Shown: piece by piece, positions 8,734-17,125 of the stretch | Layout: each line of letters opens with the position of its first letter | Position numbering within the stretch: the first letter of the stretch is position 1 | NCBI GenBank assembly: GCA_024640045.1 | Contig: JAHEFS010000002.1 | Span: forward strand, 20,040 to 84,039 | Length of the DNA: 64,000 nt | Source of the DNA: Chromatiales bacterium | GTDB taxonomy: Bacteria > Pseudomonadota > Gammaproteobacteria > Xanthomonadales > SZUA-36 | Reading direction: 5' to 3' | The notes under the pieces: model-generated | What the model saw: the letters and a program-made list of their open reading frames with translations, nothing else | The model's database searches: none | Told to the model about the DNA's origin: nothing | Translations under genes and position numbers: made by a program

Positions 8734-9407
8734 GAATTCTGATTGTTGAAGATGAATCTCGTATCGCCGACTTTCTGCAACGTGGACTGCGTGCAGAAGG
8801 GCACTTCTGCGTGATCGCCGGGGATGGGCAGGAAGGCCTGACACTTGCGCTTGAAGGCGACTTCGATCTGATCTTGCTCGACCTGATGCTGCCTGGTCTG
8901 CATGGCCACGAGGTCTGCCAGCAATTACGAGTCAACCGAATCAGCACTCCCCTGATCATCCTGACCGCGATGGACAGTATCGAGGACATCGTAGTTGGCC
9001 TGCGTCTCGGTGCGGACGACTACATGACCAAACCCTTCTCCTTCGAGGAATTACTGGCACGAATCGAGACTGTCATGCGCCGCAGCAGCACGCGACAGGA
9101 AGAGGACCCCTGCTTGCGAGCAGGCGCCATGGAATTCAACCGAGAGTCCCTGCAGGTCACCCTGGAAGGAAAACCACTCCACCTGACCGCCAAGGAGCTC
9201 GCCATCCTCGAATTGCTGATGAGCAAGCCTGGCACCCTGTTCAGTCGAGAGCGGATCCTCAGCAATGTGTGGGGCTTGAACATGGACCCCCTGACCAACA
9301 TTGTCGACGTTTACATCGGCAAACTTCGCAAGAAAGTCGACCTCCCTGACGGTCCGTCGATCATCGAAACCGTTCGCGGCATGGGATACCGCTTGAACTT
9401 GCCATGA
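8730..9407 (+). CDS. OmpR/PhoB-family response regulator
   Basis: GTG start overlapping the kinase stop by 4 nt (GTGA). Receiver domain (MRILIVEDE...LLDLMLPG...MTKPF) plus winged-helix output (TAKELAILELL...VRGMGYRL). Confidence 0.9.
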   Translation: MRILIVEDESRIADFLQRGLRAEGHFCVIAGDGQEGLTLALEGDFDLILLDLMLPGLHGHEVCQQLRVNRISTPLIILTAMDSIEDIVVGLRLGADDYMTKPFSFEELLARIETVMRRSSTRQEEDPCLRAGAMEFNRESLQVTLEGKPLHLTAKELAILELLMSKPGTLFSRERILSNVWGLNMDPLTNIVDVYIGKLRKKVDLPDGPSIIETVRGMGYRLNLP

Positions 9408-9718
9408 CCTCCTTTTGTCGTTCATCAAAAATTTAGTTTACGTTCATAATTCTTTCAGGCTTTCTTCAGCCAGCCAACGTATTCTCACGGTGTGGTTTTC
9501 TTCATTGTGCGGCCAGCGACAACCCCCCCGACGCTGCCACCCCTGAACAAAGAACACCACAAAACGGGCCGAGAGGTTTGGTAACGTCGGGTGGCGATGA
9601 AACCAAAACAACTGGTTCGAGGTCAAGGGATTGGCCGGAAAGCGATTCCACGGGAAGGGTCGAGACGCACGCCCCACCCCGCTTTCCCGGACCACGGATT
9701 GGCCGAAGTACTTAAGAG

Positions 9719-9760
9719 CCACCGCTCGACATGGAGTGTCGGGTGGTGGTTTCTTTTATT
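9719..9760 (+). terminator. Strand-specific intrinsic terminator about 310 nt downstream of the response-regulator stop
   Basis: 13-bp stem CCACCGCTCGACA / TGTCGGGTGGTGG (9719-9731 / 9737-9749) with a 5-nt loop, followed by TTTCTTTTATT. Two stem positions are G-U pairs on the plus-strand RNA. They become A-C mismatches on the minus strand, which also lacks a U-tract. Confidence 0.7.
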
Positions 9761-9769
9761 CAGGACGGA

Positions 9770-12067
9770 TTATTCTTCCACCAAACCGAACGAACGATTC
9801 ATCCTGAAACTGAGATATTGGGCTGTTACGGTCGGCTCCGAACGATAAACTCGTTCACCAAACTGCACGCTCGCTGGCGACAGGACGATCTGACTGGGCA
9901 GGGGCCGCACCTCGATATCCACCCTGCCCTGAAAGAACCCTCTCTTTTCTCCCGTGATAGCACCACTGACTTCATCTACTGTGAGTCCGATCTGGCAATC
10001 CGCCAACATTTCAGGCTGGGCCAGGAACAAAGCCTCAAGCGGGGCGGGACTAAGCTTGGCCGGCACTACAAATCCAGACCACGATGAAACCAGGGAAGAC
10101 TCAAACTGCGACAGTGAGCCCAATAGATTCAACTGCGCGGAGGGCATGAATACCTGGCCCTGGAACGCCCCCTGCCAGGCTGAAATACAGGAAACAAGAT
10201 GCGCTTCGGTCACCAGGGGCTGGACATCCAAGACCCCTGCAACGGTCAATTCGGCCCGGAATTCGATGCTCATTCCCAATTCGGACATATCCGGGGTGAG
10301 TTCGAAACCCGTGAACCGCACGTCGATATACCCCTGAGGACGGGCCTCGGCTTCGATCGAGGCCAGTTTGCCCGTTCCCTGTAACTTCTCCAACGCGTCC
10401 CGTGTAGCAATGCAGGCATCACTCAGCGAGGCCGCCTCCAGCGAACAGGACCGAACCTCCTGGGCGCGGCGCCGCTCACACTCGCGGCGATCAGCTCGCT
10501 CATCCCTCATGCATGACTCGCGGGCACTTTCGAACGCCAGGTTTTGCGAAGCACGAGCCGCAACGCAAATAGGGTCTTCCACTTCGTTCACGCAGCGATT
10601 ATTGAGCGGGTTCCGAAACAGGCACGTCGTGCAATCGCGCGTATCGTGGCGGCGCGCGCACCTTGAAATTGGATTTTCACAAATCCGGGCCGACTCGCAC
10701 TTGCCCGGTTCACAGGCAATCGTATCGGCCACAAAGGGCGCCAATGAACCCTGGTACGGAAAATTCTGCCCGGTCAACTCGGCGCGGGTAACGATGTTGA
10801 TGTCCCTGAGGGACTGCCGCAAAACTGAACCCATGAACATTCGCTCGATTTCTATGTCGGCGACCTCGGGTGGGTTCTCAAGGATGGAAAAGCCTGTGAG
10901 CTTTCGCCGAAATTCGGATTCAAAAATGGCATAGGCATCGCCCGTGGAACGATTCTCGGACTGTGGGGACAAGTCCGGCTCCGAACGGATTGCCTGCGAG
11001 TGCAGGATACAACCAGTATCGCGCTCTACCACCACCACTTCCCAGTTGCGGGCCGTATCACGGTCGATGGTTTTGGCCGACCAGGTGCGCCATCGTTCAC
11101 TGGCGCCCACGGCAAGCTCCTCCAGCCCCACCGGTTTGCCGTCGGCAAACCAGTAATGCACCACGGCAGTTTCACGATTTGCGCCCCTGATCTCCGTGTA
11201 AAAATAGCGAACTCCTGCATCTGCCTCGAGGAATCTCGAGACTCCGACCGGTTCCCGATTTCGTATTTCACGGGCAAAACCCGCTCTCGATACGGTCAGA
11301 TCAGGTGTGCAGGAAGAAATGTTGGGTACGAATTCCAGATCAAGCGCCACGGAGGTTGTATCGGGATCAATCAGGATGGCCGCACCTGCGACGGTGAACA
11401 CCCCCCCGAGTTCGCGAGACCCTTCCACCGTCGTGCTGGAGAAGAAATCGATCAGCACACCCGTATTTACGCGCCCCATCGGCACGTGATCGAGGGGTAT
11501 GGTATGCCTCCCCCGGATGATGACCGCATCAGTAACCTCGCGATTAGCCCGGGCAACCTCGGCATTCAGCAAGCTATCCGCGACGCTGGAACCGATGCCG
11601 CCACCCGGCCCCAGTGAAACACCCTGCAGGCTAGCCCGGTGGAACTGCGGCAACCAGATAAGGTGATTGCCGCTGAATGACAGGCGAATGTCCCCCAACA
11701 AAACGGCGGTCAAGGTCTCGCCCTGCGGCCCTGGAAAATCCACTAGAGCGGACAGGCCGATGTATTGCCTGCCAAAGCCAATTTCGATCTCCCGCAGGGA
11801 ACCCAGGTCAATTGCCCGAGCCTGCTGGCTTAACTCATGCTGCATTTGTTCTGCGAGCAGGTCATTGTTCAGACGTATGAGTACGTCCGTGTGTTCAAGC
11901 TCATGGAGGATCGCCAACGCCGATTCAGCCCGTCGATTTTCTTCCTGTTCGAAGGCTTCCTGAATCCCATTCTTTTGCGCCGATGGCAGTCTGTTGGCCA
12001 GGCCGGCGCAAGCGTTCAACAGCATGACCGCCAACAGGCCCAGGCCAAGTTTACCAATTTGCCTCAT
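9770..12067 (-). CDS. Large lipoprotein of unknown function (DUF2914-like segment plus 12-Cys module)
   Basis: 765-aa ORF with an ATG start. Signal peptide with lipobox (LLAVMLLNAC, Cys20). An internal segment VRYFYTEIRG...VVHYWFADGKPV...RWRTWSAKTI...NWEVVVVERDTG resembles DUF2914, from memory of that family. There are 12 Cys between aa 452 and 552. I recognise no catalytic motif. Confidence 0.75.
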   Translation of the reverse strand: MRQIGKLGLGLLAVMLLNACAGLANRLPSAQKNGIQEAFEQEENRRAESALAILHELEHTDVLIRLNNDLLAEQMQHELSQQARAIDLGSLREIEIGFGRQYIGLSALVDFPGPQGETLTAVLLGDIRLSFSGNHLIWLPQFHRASLQGVSLGPGGGIGSSVADSLLNAEVARANREVTDAVIIRGRHTIPLDHVPMGRVNTGVLIDFFSSTTVEGSRELGGVFTVAGAAILIDPDTTSVALDLEFVPNISSCTPDLTVSRAGFAREIRNREPVGVSRFLEADAGVRYFYTEIRGANRETAVVHYWFADGKPVGLEELAVGASERWRTWSAKTIDRDTARNWEVVVVERDTGCILHSQAIRSEPDLSPQSENRSTGDAYAIFESEFRRKLTGFSILENPPEVADIEIERMFMGSVLRQSLRDINIVTRAELTGQNFPYQGSLAPFVADTIACEPGKCESARICENPISRCARRHDTRDCTTCLFRNPLNNRCVNEVEDPICVAARASQNLAFESARESCMRDERADRRECERRRAQEVRSCSLEAASLSDACIATRDALEKLQGTGKLASIEAEARPQGYIDVRFTGFELTPDMSELGMSIEFRAELTVAGVLDVQPLVTEAHLVSCISAWQGAFQGQVFMPSAQLNLLGSLSQFESSLVSSWSGFVVPAKLSPAPLEALFLAQPEMLADCQIGLTVDEVSGAITGEKRGFFQGRVDIEVRPLPSQIVLSPASVQFGERVYRSEPTVTAQYLSFRMNRSFGLVEE

Positions 12068-12189
12068 GCGTGGATTCTATACTGCTTACTTTGCTGGACG
12101 CGAGGCGCAGCATGCTGCCCCCGGAATGCTTGAGCAGGGTCGCCGTTTTGATCTGAAAAGATCCCCTGAGAGGGTCTGACCCTGCCCGC

Positions 12190-12215
12190 CAAAAAAGCCC
12201 CGGTCGCACGGGGCT
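12190..12215 (-). terminator. Rho-independent terminator of bfr
   Basis: On the minus strand: AGCCCCG-tgcgac-CGGGGCT followed by TTTTTTGG, 19 nt after the bfr stop. Confidence 0.7.
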
Positions 12216-12234
12216 TATTCAGCGAGAGGATTGC

Positions 12235-12702
12235 TTAACCCATCTTCGACTGCAGGTAGTTCTGCAGCCCGATGCGTTCAATCAATTCGAGCTGTGTTTC
12301 CAGCCAGTCAACGTGCCCTTCTTCGGATTCGAGGATACTGCTGAACAGGTCACGGCTCACGAAATCGCTGCACGACTCGCAGTACTCAATGGCTTCACGC
12401 AACAGCGGAATGGCGAAACCTTCCAGCCTGAGGTCACACTCGAGCATTTCTTTCGGATTCTCGCCAATCATCAATTTGCCGATGTCCTGGAGGTTGGGCA
12501 GGCCTTCCAGGAACAGCACGCGCTCCACGAGTTCATCGGCATGCTTCATCTCATCCACGGACTCTTCGTACTCATGGTCGGCCAATTCCTTGAGACCCAT
12601 GTCCTTGTACATCCTGGAATGCAAAAAATACTGGCTGATTGCCGTCAACTCGTTACGTAAGGCCTTGTTCAGGTACTCAATGACCTTGGTATCTCCTTTC
12701 AT
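12235..12702 (-). CDS. bfr: Bacterioferritin
   Basis: 155 aa, [36 protein letters not shown]...[15 protein letters not shown]. This is a canonical Bfr with ferroxidase ligands and the Met52 haem ligand region. AGGAGA SD. Confidence 0.95.
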   Translation of the reverse strand: MKGDTKVIEYLNKALRNELTAISQYFLHSRMYKDMGLKELADHEYEESVDEMKHADELVERVLFLEGLPNLQDIGKLMIGENPKEMLECDLRLEGFAIPLLREAIEYCESCSDFVSRDLFSSILESEEGHVDWLETQLELIERIGLQNYLQSKMG

Positions 12703-12785
12703 CCTGCTTCTCCTGTCGGCTGTTGCCGCGGGGCTGCGCCCGGCGAAAAGGGAAACATTCTAACCAATGCATCAATTCAATGGTT

Positions 12786-12808
12786 AAATGAGAATGGTTA
12801 AGAACTGC
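12786..12808. promoter_or_regulatory. Fur-box-like motif upstream of bfr
   Basis: AAATGAGAATGGTTAAGAACTGC shares the AAATGAGAATGRTT core with the site upstream of bfd. The 19-mer at 12790-12808 matches the GATAATGATAATCATTATC consensus at about 10/19 by hand alignment. Confidence 0.3.
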
Positions 12809-12878
12809 GAAGCCTGGCCAGATACCCCATGGGTCATGGGGCGGGCCGAATCAATGTGGCCGAGACGGCGGCAGAGCG

Positions 12879-13079
12879 TTATGCGGACTGGACGACCTTT
12901 AGAAAATTACCCTGCTCCCGCAAAGCCTCGAAGAATACTTCACCGGCGAATTCCGCACAGCAACCGCAACCGGTGCTGCAGCCCGTCTTGTCGAAAAGTT
13001 CCCGCATATCCCGTACGCCTTCATTGACCGCTTCGCGGATGTCGGAGTCAGTGACGGATTGACAAATACAGACGTACAT
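12879..13079 (-). CDS. bfd: Bacterioferritin-associated ferredoxin
   Basis: MYVCICQSVTDSDIREAV...GCSTGCGCC. This shows the [2Fe-2S] BFD pattern C-x-C...C-x2-C. I prefer the ATG at 13079 over the track start at 13094. It lies immediately upstream of bfr on the same strand. Confidence 0.9.
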   Translation of the reverse strand: MYVCICQSVTDSDIREAVNEGVRDMRELFDKTGCSTGCGCCAEFAGEVFFEALREQGNFLKVVQSA

Positions 13080-13136
13080 CGGGCTCGACCTCACTCGTTC
13101 AGCAGGGAAAGGTGCTGACGAACCGATTTTAAATAC

Positions 13137-13159
13137 AAATGAGAATGATTGTCAATTGC
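13137..13159. promoter_or_regulatory. Fur box candidate upstream of bfd
   Basis: AAATGAGAATGATTGTCAATTGC lies in an AT-rich patch 60-80 nt upstream of the bfd ATG. The 19-mer GAGAATGATTGTCAATTGC matches the Fur consensus at 13/19 by hand alignment. A second imperfect palindrome GATGAGTCTCATT is at 13191-13203. Confidence 0.5.
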
Positions 13160-13316
13160 ATGTAATAGCAGGTTCGACAAACTTACTTTAGATGAGTCTC
13201 ATTCGCGTCTGCTGACCTGGGTCAGGTGATCGGGCTTCGTCCCTCGCCCAACAGGCGGCCAGTTTGTCCCGGGTGAACACCCCAACGAATTCGATAAAGA
13301 GTCCTGCATGGAAAAT

Positions 13317-14705
13317 TCAGCGCTCCAGAGGCACAGGCCCGAAAGTGATTTCCGATCCCGCAACCCAGTAAATCAGCGTGGCAAAAGCGGCGACGTTGAA
13401 CCGAAGGTCGGAAGCATCCACCTTGTCCAGGGTATCGTTGGCGGTGTGGTGCAAATCAAAATACGCGGAAGCATCCTGGTTGAAGTCGATCACCGGCATA
13501 CCCAGTGCCCGCATCGGGCTGAAGTCAGCGCCGCCCCAGGCCTGTCGGTCCCGGGACCACGGAATATTCAATGCCTCGAGCAATTCCTCCAGTTCAGCCA
13601 CTGCAGGTTCTGCTTCAGGCGACACAAAACTGCGGAACTGGTAGATTCGCCCGGAACCCAGGTCGGACTCCGAACCCATCAGATGCGATGCAAGCTGGTC
13701 CGCATGCGCCTGGGCATACGCCTTGCCGCCGTACACGCCCTGCTCTTCATTGGCAAACAGCACCACGCGAATCCCGCGCCGCGGGCGCACCGGTAAACCG
13801 GCAACGAGCTTTGCCGCGGCCATGGTGATTGCAACACCAGCCCCGTCATCCACCGCCCCGGTCCCCAGATCCCAGGAATCGAGATGACCGCCGACCGCTA
13901 CGAAAGTGCCTGTGTCGCCGCTGCCGTCATACTCACCGATCACGTTGTAAGACGTGGCCTCACCCTCGAACCCACAATCCAGGGCCAACTCCACGCTGAC
14001 TTCGCCGCCCCGGTCGAGCATCGCTTCCAGAATGTCGGCATCCGGGTTCGAAATGGCTGCGGCAGGAACCGGCCGCCCGGGCTCAGTTGATGAGATCGTG
14101 CCCGTGTGCGGCAAGCGCTCGTTGTCTGTGCCAACCGAGCGAATGATGAGCGCCACAGCGCCCTTTTTGGCTGCAACGAATGGGCCCCTGGTTCTTCCGC
14201 CAACCGCTGCGCCATAGCCGCTGCCATCCTTTTCGCGCTGCATGCGTTTGGCGATAAAGGCGATTTTCCCCTCGATCTGACCCGGCTCAGCTGCCTCCAG
14301 CGCGGCCAGGTCGGCAAAACGAATGACCTCCGCCCGCACTGGCCCATCGGTGCCCGGGCTTCCACCCAGCGCGGTCACGGCCATGGGCTGGTTGCGGGGG
14401 GAAACGATCGTTGCAGACTCACTGACCCTCACCCAGTAAGGAAAGCTGACCGGCTCTTTCCAGACACGGTCGAATCCATGGGCTTTCATGTTTTCGAGCG
14501 CCCATTGAACGGCCAGCGCGTCGCCCGGTGTACCCCCCATGCGTGGGCCAACCTCGGTCGTCAATGACTCCAGCAGTTCCCAGGCCGTGTTATCGGCCAG
14601 CGCGGTTTCCTGAACCCTGGTGACCTGTTCTTGCATCTCGCTGGCCGGTACGACCGGAATATGGATCGCAAGCAAACCAGAGAACAGAAAAGACGATATT
14701 TTCAT
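13317..14705 (-). CDS. Secreted M28-family metallo-aminopeptidase
   Basis: 462 aa with a signal peptide (MKISSFLFSGLLAIHIPVVPA). M28 zinc-ligand motifs are present (GGHLDSWDLGTGAVDDGAGVA, FANEEQG, HHTANDT). Confidence 0.85.
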   Translation of the reverse strand: MKISSFLFSGLLAIHIPVVPASEMQEQVTRVQETALADNTAWELLESLTTEVGPRMGGTPGDALAVQWALENMKAHGFDRVWKEPVSFPYWVRVSESATIVSPRNQPMAVTALGGSPGTDGPVRAEVIRFADLAALEAAEPGQIEGKIAFIAKRMQREKDGSGYGAAVGGRTRGPFVAAKKGAVALIIRSVGTDNERLPHTGTISSTEPGRPVPAAAISNPDADILEAMLDRGGEVSVELALDCGFEGEATSYNVIGEYDGSGDTGTFVAVGGHLDSWDLGTGAVDDGAGVAITMAAAKLVAGLPVRPRRGIRVVLFANEEQGVYGGKAYAQAHADQLASHLMGSESDLGSGRIYQFRSFVSPEAEPAVAELEELLEALNIPWSRDRQAWGGADFSPMRALGMPVIDFNQDASAYFDLHHTANDTLDKVDASDLRFNVAAFATLIYWVAGSEITFGPVPLER

Positions 14706-14754
14706 AGGGGAAGACCTGTGTTGTAGGTGGGCTTGTGGCCCGGAAGTCGCCCTC

Positions 14755-15252
14755 TCAGCCAGCCGACTGCTGCGGGAATGTCTGCGTCACCAGCGGCTCC
14801 AGCATGGCCAGGGCCTGGCGATACACTTCGCGTTTAAAGGAGATGACGTTTTCAGCCGGATACCAGAAATCGACCCAGCGATATTCCGTAAATTCAGGCG
14901 TGGAGGTGACATCCAGCACGACGGCCGACTCGCTGGCTTGGAGATGCAGCAGGAACCAAACCTGTTTTTGGCCGATGCACAGAGGCTTGCTGTGACGACG
15001 CAGGTATCTTTTGGGCAAGCGGTAACGCAGCCAGCCCGGTGTGCTCCCCAGCACCCTGACATCGTCCCTGGCCAGGCCCGTTTCTTCGTACAGTTCCCGG
15101 TACATTGCCTCCAGGGGCGTCTCGTCGGTGCGCATGCCGCCCTGGGGAAACTGCCAACCGTCCTGGTTGGACCGCTGCGCCCACAAAACCTTGCGGTCAT
15201 CTTTCATGATGACTATGCCAACATTGGGTCTAAAGCCGTCCGGGTCGATCAT
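14755..15252 (-). CDS. rppH: RNA pyrophosphohydrolase (Nudix)
   Basis: [15 protein letters not shown]...[28 protein letters not shown] (Nudix box). The ATG at 15252 gives the usual length of about 165 aa. The 30-aa extension in the track is not supported. Confidence 0.9.
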   Translation of the reverse strand: MIDPDGFRPNVGIVIMKDDRKVLWAQRSNQDGWQFPQGGMRTDETPLEAMYRELYEETGLARDDVRVLGSTPGWLRYRLPKRYLRRHSKPLCIGQKQVWFLLHLQASESAVVLDVTSTPEFTEYRWVDFWYPAENVISFKREVYRQALAMLEPLVTQTFPQQSAG

Positions 15253-15335
15253 TACTGTCAATTTCTTGGTCAGGGGAAGGCCATATGTTACTTTGCGCCT
15301 TCGAAGCGAAGCATGGTAATCAATTAGACCTGTCG

Positions 15336-16343
15336 ATGCCAACCACCCTCATACTCTCCTCTGCATCGCGACGAATCGTGCTCGGCCTGCTATTGCTGGC
15401 ATCCGTTGCCAGCGTATTGCTCGCCAGCGCCATGGGCTCCGTCAGGCTCACTCCTGGCGACTGGTGGACAGGCTTGCTGAACCCGGAATCCGCCCATGGT
15501 GAGTTACTGTGGCGCTTGCGATTGCCTCGCGCCCTGGCCGCCTGGACGGTGGGCGCGATGCTGTCGGTATCCGGATGCCTGATGCAGGTATTGCTTCGAA
15601 ACCCTTTGGCGGACCCGTACATCCTGGGCGTATCAGGAGGTGCAGCTTTCCTCGTGCTGCTGGGCATGACACTGGGCCTGGCAGCAACCCTGCTGCCGTT
15701 TCTGGCACTGGTCGGAGCCCTGACCTCCATTCTGCTGGTCTTCGGGCTGGCGCGTGGCTCAGGCCCCTGGAGCGGCACCCGGCTGCTGCTCACCGGCGTG
15801 GTGACTGCGGCCGGCTGGTCGGCGCTTATTACCCTGCTTTTGGCCATTGGAACAGACGGAAGCCTGCGCGGGATGCTGTTCTGGCTGATGGGCGACCTGA
15901 GTTACGTCAGCATCAGCGGCTGGTCCGGTCTGGTCCTGGTGGCAGTTTTCACCATCGCGCTGGGATTGTCCCGCAGTCTGAACGTACTGAGCATGGGCGA
16001 AACCACGGCTATGCTGCTGGGCGAGCCGGTGCATCGGTTGCTCTGGCTGGTGTACGTGTTGGCATCCCTGTTGACCGCAGCGGCCGTTTCTATTGCCGGC
16101 AGCATCGGTTTCGTCGGTTTGATCGTGCCGCACCTGATGCGCCTGCTGCTGGGGTCCGATCATCGCACCCTGCTGCCGGCGGCCGCTTTGTTCGGCGGCC
16201 TGTTCCTGGTGATGTCTGACACCCTTGCGAGAACGATCCTGGCACCACGCCAGTTACCCGTGGGTGTCATCACCGCCTTGCTGGGTGTACCGCTTTTTCT
16301 TCTGTTGCTGAATCGGGCGCGGCTGCGCAACCCCGAATCATGA
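15336..16343 (+). CDS. FecCD/BtuC-family ABC transporter permease (iron-siderophore / cobalamin type)
   Basis: Polytopic membrane protein with typical FecCD family sequence ([41 protein letters not shown]). I prefer the ATG at 15336. Confidence 0.85.
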   Translation: MPTTLILSSASRRIVLGLLLLASVASVLLASAMGSVRLTPGDWWTGLLNPESAHGELLWRLRLPRALAAWTVGAMLSVSGCLMQVLLRNPLADPYILGVSGGAAFLVLLGMTLGLAATLLPFLALVGALTSILLVFGLARGSGPWSGTRLLLTGVVTAAGWSALITLLLAIGTDGSLRGMLFWLMGDLSYVSISGWSGLVLVAVFTIALGLSRSLNVLSMGETTAMLLGEPVHRLLWLVYVLASLLTAAAVSIAGSIGFVGLIVPHLMRLLLGSDHRTLLPAAALFGGLFLVMSDTLARTILAPRQLPVGVITALLGVPLFLLLLNRARLRNPES

Positions 16344-17125
16344 CCACCCTCAGCTGCGAACACGTAGGCCTGACCATTTCCTCCAAGCGGGTGGTCGACA
16401 ATCTGGACCTGCAAATCCGTCCTGGCGAATTCTGGGGGCTCATGGGCGCCAACGGAATCGGCAAGACGACCCTGATGCGATGCCTGGCCGGCCTGACACG
16501 GGCAGATGCCGGGCGCGTGACACTGGACGGCCAGGATATCGGCGACCTGCCCCGTCGCGTGGTCGCGCGCAGGCTGGGCATGCTTCAGCAGCATACCGCC
16601 TATATATTTGACGCCACTGTGCTGCAGACGGCCCTGATCGGCCGGCACCCCCACCTGGGCCCATGGGGACGCGAAACCCCGGAGGATATCGCCAAGGCCC
16701 GGCGGGCGATCGCCAGCATGGACATGGCCACCCTGGAACAACGCAGCGTGACCGAATTGTCCGGCGGCGAGGCCAGGCGGCTGGCTTTCGCCGCCCTGAT
16801 GGTCCAGGAACCGGAAATCATGCTGCTGGATGAGCCATCCAACCACCTTGACCTGCGCCACCAGGTCTCGATCATGAGCCGCATCGGTGACGAGGTCTAC
16901 GGCAATGGCCGGCTCGCGGTAGCGGCGATGCATGACGTGAACCTCGCTGCGACCTTTTGCAGCCACGTGCTGATGCTGTTTGGAAACGGCGAGTGGCAGG
17001 CCGGTTCGGCCATCGAAATACTCACCGAGGAACGCCTTGAACGGCTCTACCAATGCCCGGTCGGATCGGTGGAAACCCCGGCAGGGCGACGGTTTCACCC
17101 GTCTTTCGAGAAGTCTTCCAGCTGA
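16340..17125 (+). CDS. ABC transporter ATP-binding protein (BtuD/FepC/HmuV type)
   Basis: ATGA overlap with the permease gene. Walker A GANGIGKTT, signature LSGGEARR, Walker B IMLLDEP. Confidence 0.9.
   Translation: MTTLSCEHVGLTISSKRVVDNLDLQIRPGEFWGLMGANGIGKTTLMRCLAGLTRADAGRVTLDGQDIGDLPRRVVARRLGMLQQHTAYIFDATVLQTALIGRHPHLGPWGRETPEDIAKARRAIASMDMATLEQRSVTELSGGEARRLAFAALMVQEPEIMLLDEPSNHLDLRHQVSIMSRIGDEVYGNGRLAVAAMHDVNLAATFCSHVLMLFGNGEWQAGSAIEILTEERLERLYQCPVGSVETPAGRRFHPSFEKSSS

Noticed and set aside
9444-9848. Small ORFs 9444..9722 (-) and 9591..9848 (+) in the gap between the response regulator and lipoprotein genes
   Set aside because: Neither has a convincing SD. The plus-strand ORF reads straight through the terminator hairpin into the opposite gene. 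Both products are Arg/Pro/Trp-rich with no family resemblance. A non-coding RNA explanation fits better.
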